Part shown: one piece after another, positions 24,983-37,962 of the stretch
How positions within the stretch are numbered: the stretch's first letter is position 1
Layout of the letters: each line of letters begins with the position of its first letter
Source: Zygnema circumcarinatum SAG 698-1b
Lineage: Eukaryota > Plantae > Zygnematophyceae
Reading direction: 5' to 3'
Assembly: GCA_037447605.1 (NCBI GenBank)
Contig: CM074807.1
Location: forward strand, 2,366,327 to 2,430,326
Length of the DNA stretch: 64,000 bases
Program-made: the position numbers and the translations under genes
Notes under the pieces: model-generated
The model's input: the letters and a program-made list of their open reading frames with translations, nothing else
What the model was told of the DNA's origin: nothing
Databases searched by the model: none

Positions 24983-26141
24983 ATGGCGGATGTGTGCGAC
25001 GGAGAAGACGCTCCTGCATCATTACCTGGAAAGCATGACAGGGAGGTAGGGCCTCCTCACTTAATTCTGCCTTCTTCAAATCGCAGCTTTTATTGGCGTA
25101 GGAAATGTTTCCAGAAGTGTTGGTTCGAATTGCTTGCTGACTGCTTCATTTTGGACGTACGAGGATGGACGACTGTGACGCTTTGTATTGAATAATCTTA
25201 AGAATCATGGTATTTCTTATTTCATGCCACGATTTAATGCCTCTTGTAACAAAACTGATGTTTGCAATTGATGCAGGAAGGTGGATCCTCGGAAGGTGAA
25301 GATGGCAAACGACTTTGTCAGCGTGATTCAGGAGAGGAGGAGAATTCCATGACAAGAATATCTGAATATCAGCAAGTAACAGATGCAGATGCCATTGGCG
25401 AAGAACATGATGGAGTTGCTGAAACAGCTGCACGAGATAGTCAAGAGAAGCTGTCAAACGCGACGGAGGTTGCTATTGAACGTATTCAGGAACGTATTGA
25501 AACGTGGACAAACCAGGTTGGCCAGGCCTCTCCTCTGGACAACTGCAACTATAGTCAAAAGCCTTTTCTTTTCCGAGCCAACCTCTAGTTATGGATCTGG
25601 AAAGGTGTTTCTTCCGCACGTTCCTTGTGCTGCTTTCAAAGTGGCAGCAAAAAATTTACATTAACTGTTTCGATGTGAGTTTTCTCCTCACGTGTTCTGT
25701 GGTGAATCTTACCCTATGCTCTGTTTTTTCTCAGGTGTCGATGCTACTCAACGAAGGCAAGGCGGCCATTATGAACGCTCACAACAAATGGGAAGAGACT
25801 GTGATCCAATATCCGCAATCACTTGAAGTGTTTCATCCTTTTTTGTCTTTTGTGCAGCTTCGATGGTCATAACTATGAAAATGGTATCTTCTTGGAGGGG
25901 TTGTTATTGAGGCATGCTTTTGTTGGTTCACAGCGTCGGAGTGACATGTTCACAGATTTTTGGCAGCCGTTCCTTGACAATGGCTTTCAGACTGCATCAA
26001 AACCGAATTGAAGCCTGGAGTGAAGAAATCAAGAGCCTGCGTGACATGGATGCAGAGAATGAACAAATGAGGTCACGACTGGACGATGCACAAGCAATAT
26101 TGAGCAATCGCCGTTTTTCTTTCAACGAAAGGAGTGCTTAG
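24983..26141 (+). CDS. KNB36-like (knotted1-binding protein 36-like) small coiled-coil protein
   Basis: Exons 24983-25026, 25277-25516, 25735-25808, 25991-26141 give ATEVAIERIQERIETWTNQVSMLLNEGK..WEETVIQLHQNRIEAWSEEIKSLRDMDAENE. This is colinear, from memory, with the plant KNB36/At5g03050 family motif (..FEERLIMIHKEHVEKWQEEIKELRLLDASNE). Confidence 0.68.
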
Positions 26142-28077
26142 AGCTGTTCTCCCTCAGTCTCGAGACACTGTTTATTTGGTTTAGTTTAGTTGTAATGTCA
26201 CCGTGGTTCAACAGCTTGCTTTTTGCAAAGCCCGTCGTAGGTGGCAACTTTTGAAGTGGGGCATCATTGTTAGTCTTTCTTGTGACAAAGTAAACGAGGT
26301 CTCCTTCGGATGTAAAAACCCGTAGCCATTCCAGTGTCAGGGTGGACAGATCGCCACTTTCACACACCATGAAGATTTGCCGTTGCACCTTCCATTCCCA
26401 GGTAGTATGGTATGCAGGGAAAGACTTAAAAAGCGATGCATCGAAGTTTCATATTAAAAATGTCTTGAGAACATTGTGTTATAAAATTGAACTTTGCAAC
26501 CATTTGGGGTTTTTTGACCAACACGTTTATTGACCCATACATGCGGCGAACTTGCCACAGAGCTTTTCGTTTTCGCAATCCGCCATAACTTACAACATGA
26601 CCGTCTAGGGAGCCAGCTTTAGCTTCCTTTCTAACTTAACTAAATTCCCAATGTTTTGAGAAAGCCATACGATATTCTGAAGATTTCAAAGTAGTAGTCA
26701 TCGCCTGGAAGCGCGCCCCCGAACCAGCCTAAGCGGATCACGCAGCTGCCTCTCCGGCGACACTGTGCTCCTGAACTGCGTCAGAGGATGTGATAATACA
26801 CACTTCGCCACAGAGGCAGCTGAGGACTCCCCTTGTAGCATGACAGTGTCTGCCCTCGCACGCCAACCGCATTTCATATTAGATTAGATTGCAACTCTGA
26901 CTGCTCCTGCAGGATCAGGCCGTGACATCCATCTCCTCCTGCACAACGATTAAAGAGTAGCGAGACTTCAGCTGCACTGTGCGCCAAGAGAATTTGCTCC
27001 TTCCTGGAAGGCCTGCTGAGACGTCCAAAACTTCAACCTGTACGAACACGCTTGTCCTCGCCTGCCGGTGACATTCAAATCTCCGAATGCACGCCTTCCC
27101 CCCATGGCTGCCTAAGGAGCTTGTCTCCCTTCAAAACTGAACAGGAATATCTACTGCCAGTGTCCCCTGCCCTCCTGTGTAACACACGTGCGCTTTCTTC
27201 AACCTCAAAAGCCTCCCCTCGTTCACAGCCTCTGTCCATATCCAAAGAGAGGACTAGTTACGGATGAAAAGTCGTAAGCAAATTATAAAGCTTAAGTCCG
27301 AGGTCTGTCAAATGGACCTCCTGAGTGATTGATCCGAGACCTCAGTCATTGCCACAGATAGACATGAAAGTCAAGGTAACTTTAGCCCTCGTGACTCTGT
27401 TCTGTCACCTTCTTCTCTCAGCTTACCTGAATGAGGAGCAACAAGTCGAACAATCAGAGGTCCACGTCCTCTTTCAGTTCCTGCTGTGTCTCCACCTGCT
27501 GGTAACCGGGTCCTCTCCTTGCTCCCTGCTGGCTACTGCTGGCCCATTGGAAAAGTGCCACCCTTCAGATCCTTTAGGACAAACAGACGAAGGTAGCAAG
27601 TATTTCTTGTTCATGCACTAATATGGTGTCACATGTAATGTTGACATTCACTACCTTACGGGTAAAAGGAGATATGTAGTTCTCTCTGAAAGTAGAATGC
27701 TTGATTGGATCACGTCGAGCCATAACATGCTACCCAGCATGTCTGTAGTCGCTGTGACACAATTGCATTCAAGAGACCTAGGTGCGATATAAAGCTCTAT
27801 GTGATACAACTACAACGTTCTCACCATTATCAGATTGTTCCGTCCTTGGTGCACTTCATCTTCCCCTTATTTGTCAAGTGACTCCTGAATCAGATGACTA
27901 CAAATGCGTGGGGCCATCTGCCTGTCCTTTTGTGAACTACAGATCTCTAGGTAGGACCTCCCCGCAACTGACTTCCATTCATTGTGAAAAATAATAGAAA
28001 GACTCCGTGTTTCTTAATGAGCTAGCTTTGCCTACCTGCAGACACTTTTTGTGAACAAAACTCGAAACACATTTGAA

Positions 28078-29663
28078 TCAATCACTGGAGTTGGGATTGC
28101 CGTTTTTGTACCTGATGAACGAATAAATGACCAGTTGTATGAGGCCCAACGCCATTCCAAATAGATTTGGCAACTGACCACCACATCCCATCCACAAGGA
28201 GGAAGCTAAGGACTGATGCTGTGAGCAAGAAAGGCACGGGCAAAGATTCGGGCTGCATTGGCCTCCTGCAGATTCCTCAATGCACTTACAATGATGAGCG
28301 TGTCCTGCACATATGCGCCATAAAATGTCCAGCTCGTAGAGCATGCGAAGCCCAAAACTGATAGTGGAAGTGGCATGAACTCGACACTTCTAGTCTTCAA
28401 GACCACCGCCTGCATCAAAATTCAAAAAAACCATCCACGCATTTGGCCTGGTAGCAATCAGCAAATATAGAACCTCGGTCTGGAACTTAAAAAAATCAGC
28501 AGACACGAGACAAAGGCTACGTGCTTTCGCAAACTTCTGTCCTTAAAAGGCTTTGTGAAACGACACTTTCTGGATTGTAAAACCGAGTGCAACTTGCTCT
28601 ACCTTAGGCTCCAGTTTTACATCAAGACCACTACTCCGAAAACCTTCACCGTACAGCTGGTTCAACATGCAGCTGCAGTGACGAAAGGGCACAATCAGCC
28701 TACCAGAGCTGATAGCGGAGAGCCAAACATGACGACCGTAAATATAAGGGCACAGTAACCGATTGCAGGGCTGCGATATGCAGGGGGGATCATTGCGCCA
28801 ACCACCAATACAAGCACAGCCATGAAAACTGAATATCCTGCAAGCAGGCGCACCACGTACGTCTGCAGCCAAAAAAACAGAAGTTCCAACTTTCAAGCAT
28901 CAGAAGGAATGAACGAGGGATGCCATTTGAGGGGCGGACTGAGGTGAGGTTGAGCGACAAGGTTTTTTGTCTTTAGCAGGTCGTGATCGCCCTTGCGAGG
29001 CTGCCAGGAGAAGAGAAGGAGTTGGGATATGTACGCACTCGGACTTTGTCACGTGCATACTGCACGAAGATGGCGAGGTACACAGACTGAAAGATGATCC
29101 CGATAATATTTGTAACCAAAGGGGATGTTCTTTGAGGGGTTATGAAGGGTAGCGAGTAAAACACCCATACGGAACAATTGAGCAACGTCGAGACATATGG
29201 AAATGGAGAAAAGTCTTCCGTGTTGTGACTTTTGAGGATGCGCTGAAATGTATTGCTGTCCAGCATTCAGCATAGCAGCCCAACAGCACCTCCCAAGTCC
29301 CATGTTACCAAGTGATCGAGAGGGATAGAACAACTCTCAACCATAACAGGCCCTGCTGCATACTGTAATTTCCAGCAAAGAACATGTCCATGGCAATGGG
29401 CATGGGCAACTGAGCTGATGCCCAACGAGGTCTTCAAGAAGTGGCGCTCACAAAGGCGATATAAAAAGTAGAACCGCCGCAAGAGTACCTGCGGAATCCA
29501 CCGCAACCTGATGTGAGTGCTCTCCCCGCTTTCAAGACGCTACAAGAACACAACTTTTCAACTTTTGCCTCAAGCAGCCGCATAGTCCACCCCTTTCATG
29601 GTAGTAGTGCGGACCTAATGCACCAAGGGCTGCCTCAATCTGCGGATCTACAGGCCACCCCAT
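28078..29663 (-). CDS. SWEET: SWEET (MtN3/saliva) sugar transporter
   Basis: Exons MGWP..ALG / TLAAVLLFISP / TFQRILKSHNTEDFSPFPYVSTLLNC..W..Y / ..MFGSPLSAL / VLKTRSVEFMPLPLS..W..YG / LPNLFG.ALGLIQLVIY. The C-terminus may instead splice (donor after SFI) to a tail near 27460-27540. Confidence 0.92.
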
Positions 29664-31585
29664 AGTTGGTAGGCGGAGTGCTCCTTTCCAGCTCCAAGAG
29701 AAATCCCGCCTTCCCTTAGGGCTGAGTAGATGGATAAAAGAAACGGCCTCTCACAGAAGTAGTCCTCACCTCCACTAGTGCCTGCTCAAAGCGCACAATC
29801 AGACTTTCAATTAGCAGAGTACAGGCATAAAACGAAATTTACAAAGCACCAAATGTTCATCTGTCGTTTACACTGGGTAAGTTGATTTACATTATAAACA
29901 ATATGAGTGGACCATCTGCTTGCAGCCATTGCCTAGCTCGATGTGCAAATTTAGATGCAGATACAGCTTTCGTATATGTGAGCTACTCAGACATTAAGCA
30001 TGCAGGATTCATGAAACATGGCAAGCACCAACAACAAAATATGGGCGAATGGACCTTCCAGGGACAGGAAAAAAAAAAAAAAAAGGAAAAAGGGAAAAGG
30101 AGCCCTAAATGGAACGAGGTGCTTAGAGTTGTCAAGCTCATTCCGATCGCAATGAAGTTACTCTTTAACAATACACCAAAACGGAGATTTGTATCGAACT
30201 CGTTTAAGAATACACAATTTTTTCAGGACAAGATTTTGAAGCCCATTCTATTCACCTAATGTTCCGTTGAAACTGTTTCAACTTCCAAACGTTCAAAAGT
30301 AACGCAAGCTTGCCAGAAGCAGCGTGACATGGCTTTAAGATGAACTCGACTAACAAAAGCGAATGAGAGAGGGAGGCGAACTTAACAATTTATATGAAAC
30401 TTTGGCCTTGGATGGAAACAGTTATCAAGGCAGCAATCATCAGACGAGGACTTGGGCTGCTGTCTAAGCACAAAACTCAATGGGGCCTTAACAACGCTGA
30501 TAGAGCTAAGTTTTTCAATCTCAGTGTAAGAAAACATCTACTGCTTTATTGCCCGGGCAATAGATTAAAAGGGACAACCTATTGACACAAAAATTAATCA
30601 TAGGAACGCAAGACGTAAGGCCAGAAAAACAGAGAAGTTTCATGCAACTAAGAGTAATTTTTTTTGACCCAAACACGAATGCTCCAGGACAGCACTGGTT
30701 TTAAGCCTCTATCAGCTCAAACATCGTCAGCCGGATAGCAAACTTAAGCCATAGCTGCCAATGTGCGGCTCGGTGGTAGTGGGAGGGGGCGTGGGTTGCA
30801 GTACTCCATATCTCTCTAAGTTCCTGGAAAGGACCCTGCACGAAAGACATTCTGCGACCTGCAATATCTGGCTGCACAGCTTTCAAGGCTTCAAGAGACC
30901 AACGCTCGTTCTGCTTACAACCTTAGGGAGAATGGAAGGCAACAAAGGACGAATGTGGTTCAGATCTGACAGACGCACTCTCACTGTTGGTCATGACTAG
31001 TTCAATTCAACAAAACAAAAATCGCAACGTATTCACATTTCCGAAGCAAAGGCTGAATGCTCCATGTCTGCCGCCTCGCACTCACCTTTTGCCTCCCCAC
31101 TAATGGCGTGCCTCTCCGCTGTCCGGCTCGGCCCGCACTATCCACGTGGTCAAGGAATGAGCAAATATCCTTGGAGGACAATTCGGGCAGCTTGAAATTA
31201 TATTTAAAAACTTTTCTGAAGACCCAAAATTTAGACTCCCGCTTGCGATATCCATATTGTGAAATATTTTCCGGTCCCTTTCGCGTGAAGAAAGATTTTT
31301 TTGTGGCGGGTTTTATCCACGTTACCTGGATTCGACGCGACCGGCGCCTTCTGCAAGACCAAAACATATTACAGGTGGGGGCCGCCAGGGCATGTCAAAC
31401 TTCGACATCTCAACGAGCATGTCACACTCGAATTTGAAGATCTGTGGAACACTGCACTGCAGACATACGTACAGTAAAAAGTTAAGAGGTGGTCAGTATC
31501 TCCTGCAACGAGCAGGAAGCTGCTTGCTCTTGCTTGTCGAGCGGAAAACTCAGAGCAGTGTTGAGATTGGATTTAGAGAGGCGTC

Positions 31586-34170
31586 ATGGCTGACGCTTTG
31601 GTGCTGTATGGGAGGGGCATATCTACGTGCACTCGCCGCGTGATGGCGACTCTGTTGGAGAAGGACGTGGAAGTGAGTCAAGGCTGGCTGCCATGTGGTG
31701 GACCGCAGCTGCAATACCGAGAGGGAAATGTGCTTGTGTTGGACATGCTTCAAAAGGCGCATATTCGACTCGTGAACGGGGAAGGGGTGTATGGTTGTTT
31801 GCAAGTTATTGTATCTGAATCTCAGGCACTAACTGTCGTAACTGAAGCCTTGGCAAAGAGCCACATATAGAGCTTGAATGATGCGAAGTCACTGGCGGTC
31901 GGTTCTGCTGCTGACTCTCCAGGATCATGGGTAATGGGGGCAGGACTACCGCCTGGAATTGGTAAATTTACAAGCGAAGGAGCATAAGACTCCAGAGTTC
32001 CTGCAAAAACAGGTTCACTCCTCACTCAGTGTGGCCTGTCTTGTTGTAGCACGTCTAGCTTTGTCAGCTTTTAGACTGCGCGGTCACTTTCTGTAAGTCT
32101 CCTTCACTTCTTTGCGCAGGCTCTTTACTTGACCCTGCTGTAGCTCATCTTTCAGCCCATGACCCATTCAAGAGGGAGAGAGGGAGACAGCTGTCGAAAA
32201 CTTTTCAAACGGGCTAAAGGCAACTGCAACAGCATCGAACGTAAAGATATATGAAAAACCGGCGAAGTAGAAGAGTATAAGAAATAGCAGTTCAAAACAG
32301 TGTATTCTTCAGCAAAGCAAACCGCCAAACTCTAGGCATTCTTTAGGTGCCCGACGTGGAACGATCTCCAGACTGTCGCTTGGGCATTTTGTTGTTTCCG
32401 TTTTCACATTTTATTCCATTTGTAATATGCGAATAGTTTCTGTTACGCTGCGTTGCTCCAGCGAGGTGGTTGTAGTTATCCAACCGACAGTGGTGAAGTG
32501 TGCTAGGAAAAACTGGGCATGCCTTACTGAGCTTGAAACGTTTATAGACATTGTCGAGTTGAGCTCTGGCAACCTACCATATGATTAGGCTGTTGTTCCG
32601 TTTAGGTACTGGAATAGGTGAATCGAAGAAAATCTATTGATATCCAGGAGCATGCTGGCCGTTGTACTTGAATCAAAATGAAGATGACTCTGTCAGCTTG
32701 TTTCCAACCAGACGCGTGTCATGTGACTGAAAGTCTTTGTCATTTCAAGTCTGTTGACCAGGGGCTTCTTGCTTGGCAGCCTTTCGGCCAGATCCCTGTT
32801 CTACAGGATGGTGATTTTCGCATCTTTGGTACGACCTCCTGTAGGTTTTCTGTTCCTCAATCAGGCTGGGCATAGGCTTCTAAAGACCTTATGATTCAGA
32901 AAAGTCCCTTAGTTTGCATATCTTATAGATGTTTAGAGCAGCTAATCCTAATGCCAGAATGTCTGCGCCTGCAATCACGCAAAGCAAGGCGAAGCTCATT
33001 GGTCCTGCTTGGATGGCCTCCTGAACAGAGTCACGCGCGATCGCGAGGTATATAGCGGAGAAGTACGTGGACCAGGGCACAGACCTGTTAGGCTTAACTC
33101 TCAAGGTACAATCAAACTGCTGCTGCCCGTGTCAGGTTTTCCTATGGAATTCTCGTTTTTTGCATGACTAATTCTTCCCTGCTTGCAAGCCTCCCTGCAC
33201 TCTGCTTGAGTCTTTACTTGTTCAAGTTACGAGTTCCTGACAGAACCACAACTCTCGTCTTTATCTACAATAATTTGCATAGGCTTGAAGTCCGCTAGAG
33301 ACTTTGTTACGAATTGTGACCATGGAGGGTTCCTTTATTGATCTTGTTACTAAAAAGTGGGAAATTCAAGACAGTTTGCTTGTCTTGCTGATGGCAGGAG
33401 CGAGCCATTGTCAATCAGTGGGCTGAAGTTGAAAGCCAGAACTACAATCCTCCTATTCAGGCGCTTGTACGGGAGAAAGTCATTCTGCCACGCTATGGGT
33501 TAAAAGGAGATGATGCCAAGGCGGCGGAACATGCTGAAAAAGTAGGTGCTATATTCCACCACGGTTTGATTCAGCATTTTTTGCTGGTGGATGTGTTGGT
33601 TTGTTAGGGAAGATGGAGATGACAGAAGGACCTAGGTTTGATGAATTCACGTGAAGGAAGGAATGCAAGAGATTCTGCATCAGGCGGTACTTTTGGAGCC
33701 CATTTCAACTTTAGGGTGTCCCTAACGTAGACTTGTGACATAACTTGCTTCGTAATGTACTTGACACCTTTGTCGTCAGAGAATTTGCTGCGAACTTAAT
33801 TCTAACGACGTCTTCCGCATGGGATGCCTCTGTTAGTTGACAGGCAAACTAGGATCGCCTGTCAGGCAAACTTGGGACGGGCTAGAGTTTATTTGTTGTC
33901 GGCCTCATACGTTAAACTAACGCATCGCGAGGTGCCTTGCTTGACGCGCAGCTGAGCAAGGTATTGGACGTTTATGAGAAACACCTGGCCCAGAGCAACT
34001 ACTTAGCGGGGGATAAGTTCACCCTGGCAGACCTGTTCCACCTTACCTACACAGAGCTGCTATGGCAAGCGGGATACGGTGAGCTCATCACTTCACGTGC
34101 GCATGTGAATGCATGGTGGGAGCGCATATCAAGCCGGCCGTCATGGCAGAAGGTCAGGCAGATGACATGA
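31586..34170 (+). CDS. GSTF: Glutathione S-transferase, phi class
   Basis: Exons: VLYGRGISTCTRRV..; DYRLELVNLQAKEHKTPEFLQKQ; PFGQIPVLQDGDFRIF; ESRAIARYIAEKY..QGTDLLG; ERAIVNQWAEVESQNY; LSKVLDVYEKHL..YLAGDKFTLADL..HVNAWWERISSRPSWQKV. Confidence 0.93.
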
Positions 34171-35369
34171 GGGAAAACAACTGATCCAGTCAGCCACTAA
34201 TGGCGGGTGAGCAAAGGCCCAGCATGGAACAGTAAGGAAATCTGTGAATTAGGGTTACACGCTGATAGCCACTGTAATCGAACGTCCAGCACAGTGCAGC
34301 CTTTACGGCATGTGTTTTACTTGCTGTTTTCCCTATTTTGTGTATCAAGGGTTGAGGGCCTTCGAATAGAAGCCTTTGACTAGCGTGCAAATGAGACTTC
34401 CAACACCGTGCTGCGAGATCGGATGGTGACTGGCCTAAGGAGCTGGAAATGGAATCTGCATTCTTTGCGAAAATTATTGAAACAAAATTTGTTTCTGCGA
34501 AGAAGTCGTGTTGCCTGAAGTCCTGTGCTGTTTTCTTGTTCAATTTCACAAAGGAGGGCATGCTGGTGTTCGGACAGAGTATACATACAATTGGTACCAT
34601 GATTTACAAATGCCAGATCCCTTTTTTTGGATCACAGTTAGATCAGCAAGCTCCACAATTTGCGTAACTCGTGTCTAATCAATGTATTGGCCAAATTGGT
34701 GACATGGAACAACTTCATAACTTTCTCTGCCAAAAGCGCGGAGCGTCAGCTGGCCTTCAGGGACAATTTTGGAGTTAATTAAAAAAAGGATAAATCAAAA
34801 ACTGAGCAGAGTGTAAGCTATGCGCTTGAACAAAAGTCAATACTGTGAACAAGTGTGAATCGTCCTGCTGTGTACAAAGAACCTTTTACACTCTCAGTGC
34901 GATGTTTTGCCATACAAGCTGAGATGTCCCTTCCGAATTCCCGGTACTTCATATAGTTGTGACGAGAGAATTACTGCTGGATGAAAAATTCAGAGTGGGA
35001 GGGCTAAATAGACAACCTTGGAAAGAATACAAAAAGTCAAAATAAAGTAAAAGGCACGAGCCGAGCGTTTGTCAGCTGCCACACCTCCCCCCCACCTCCC
35101 CACGTCAGTTCAATATTCTGGGGTACAAATATGGCTCCAAACCGGCCTTCTGGCAAGCTCCAAGGGATGCATCAACTGAAGCATTATCTGGAAGGCATCG
35201 AAACTTGGCATACTCTTAACTGAATTTGGCAAAAGAAAAATCCTAACACGGTAATCATGATTTCACTGGATTTCTGTCAGGATTACACTTCCAAAAAGCC
35301 AGTGTGCATATGCAAGTATTTGCCAGGATTCATTTTTCCTGGACTATTTCAGGCAGTCACGGAGACTCA

Positions 35370-36333
35370 TTATGCAAAATGGACAAGTTCGCACCTTGGA
35401 AGAAGAGTGATGTCTTCATCATTATCTCGTCCCTGGAATAGCACCTCAGGCGCATACTTGATAAGTTTGCGCCTCTTTGCTGCCCGCAACGTGCCCACCA
35501 GTGCCTCAAAAATGTCTCCTGTCTCATCAAACAGCAGTCCAAATTTCACCTGCCACAAACCGAGGCAGAAACCTAGTTGTTAATTCAGAGTCTGAAGACC
35601 TTTTCAAGTTTGCTGGAGACAGGAGTTTGGTTGACCACAAACCTAGTCGAGGTCGACACGTCCACACGTCTGCACAATCGACCCCAAAGGGCTGCATCTC
35701 TTCACCATACTCAGAGCAGCTGAAGATGAGGTACACTTGGACAGTGAAGGTCGCTCACAAATTAAATGCCGCCTACAATGGAACGTGATCGAACATGAAG
35801 TTCTATATTTGGCACTTACCATAGAATTAGGCTGTTCCTGCCTGTGTCACTACTAGCACTTAAGCATCAAAATTCAAGACGGGACTCTAACGCGTGAGAA
35901 ACACGTGCTTAACACGCTGCTCTATACTCCTATTCATAATCCTACTATTCTTACTGTGCAGCTTCTGAAATGCCACATGCCTAATCTGGAATCGCATTCT
36001 TTGAAGTATAGTTTCTGTCCAGTAGCCTCCCCTTCAACCTCTTCTCATATGACTGTATTGTGCGCGCTACCTGCATAGGTGGCTATCTTTCAAATTCCCT
36101 TCGCCATTCAATGGCGGTAAACGAACCTTCAGACTCGTTGGTGTAAAGTGAGGTAACGCAGAGTTAATCAAGTTTTGCAGCAGATGAACACTGCGTCAAT
36201 CACTCAAAACCGGGCCCTTCATGAACTTGACAAGAGCACGGTAACCCACCACAACGGAGCCATCGGGCCGCTTCTCCCCCAGACGCGTAATCTCTTCCTT
36301 GAGTCGAGCAATCTCCTCGTCCACATTCATCAT
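35370..36333 (-). CDS. Costars / ABRACL family small actin-regulating protein
   Basis: Exon 1 MNVDEEIARLKEEITRLGEKRPDGSVV; exon 2 VKFGLLFDETGDIFEALVGTLRAAKRRKLIKYAPEVLFQGRDNDEDITLL. Confidence 0.9.
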
Positions 36334-37962
36334 TTCTGAGCGCTGATAGTATAAAACCTACCTATATCTCAATGCCTCTCCTCCCTCCTCTCTCCCTCAC
36401 TGCCTACCTCTGGCCGCTTTGCTCCACCCCCACTGAGAGACCAACTTTTCAGCAGATCCAAAAAGGTCCTACTGTATATTCTGCACGGCTACCAGCGTTC
36501 ATATCCCGCATGGTATTTGCGTTATGCTTGAAAATTGCGTGATGCCAAATTCCATGCGGTCAGCCGTGGACCAAAATTCTGCTCATGCCGACCATCACCG
36601 TTTTTTGGAACCGCGGGACAGGAACAATCAGGATGAAGGGGTCAGAACCAGACCTCGTCATGCCTCATGCCTCACATGTTGGTCACATGGATCTCCACAC
36701 ATTTTGACTGACCGGCAATGCAAAGAGAATGGAGGGGAGAGCCACCAAGCGTGCGGAGGCTTCCTATGTACACAAAGTACGAACTCATGAACCAATTCCA
36801 CACATTTAGAGATCTGATCGCTGCAGTGTGTGGACGGTTCTGGCCTGATTGCATGCGCAAGCATATTGCATTGACTAATGGCTGGTCAACAAGGGCAGGG
36901 AAGTTTGACTCGAGATTGTTCAAATTGAACAACTTGGGAGCAATTCAAATCCAAAGATAGGCCTATGACGTTTTGGTCGCCTTGGACGCGGGCACCAAAG
37001 TGGAACAACTCGGGAACCAAATGACAATTGTATGCGCCGTTGGAAAGAAAACGGGTTTTTTTGGAAATGAACAAAGTAAATAGTGTGGGTGCGACACCGG
37101 GACTTCTCTATCTGTAATGATCCTCCCAGTACTATTCGGCCCACAGGCGCTAAGCTGCGGAGTTCTGATGGAATCCAGCAGAGCAGCCTAGATATAATCC
37201 CATGACGGTTATGAAAGAGGCATAATTTAGACTTGTAATCATACACTTTCACAGCCATCACGCATAGGGCTGAGTCCCGAGTTCGCACATTCTGTGTACA
37301 AAGGCAACCTTGAATAATTGGTTCATATCTTTAGAAAGCTTGCCATCATGCCATCCTGTTCGGTTTTGGAAGCCAAATAAAAGGCATTCCCTAGAAGCAA
37401 CCACATTCACATGGTCCTGTGCGTCGTTGTGCTGCTTGTTCAGGCAGCACAGGTCTAGGTTGATCATTGGTCCTGGGTTGGGTTCGGTTTGCATGCATAT
37501 GCATGTTGGGGTATTATCGTTGTCGCTATCGTTGGGACGATGAGCACATTGCTCATTCACAAGTTTTGTCTATTCACTTGAGCATTCGGATCTGCAAGGC
37601 TGTTTTGTCGTCAATGGATGTTGGAGTGTCAGACTGTACAGACTACGCATGGAACACACTTTTGCAGAGTCTCACAGGTTAGCATCTAAGCCTAAAATGG
37701 AAAATGATGAGGCAGCCGGTCGGCATCTCCTCTCTCTAGATAGCAAGTGAGCGGAAAGTTTCCTGTTTCAACGTTTCCTATTTTTTAAGGGAACGGTAGT
37801 GCTAGGTAGCTGCTTCATTATTCCAAAATAAGCCCGTTGGTGAGAGATTTGCATTGGTCTCACGATGGCGAGGCCATTGGCCATTGGTGCCATTTGCAAA
37901 GTTGTGGATTAATCTGTTTTACGCCCGCCTGGTCCTCTTCATCCAAAAAGATGCGGAAGCCT

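Noticed and set aside
26600-27620. Coding-looking sequence between the KNB36-like and SWEET genes
   Set aside because: No coherent ORF or domain. At most an alternative SWEET tail or 3' UTR.
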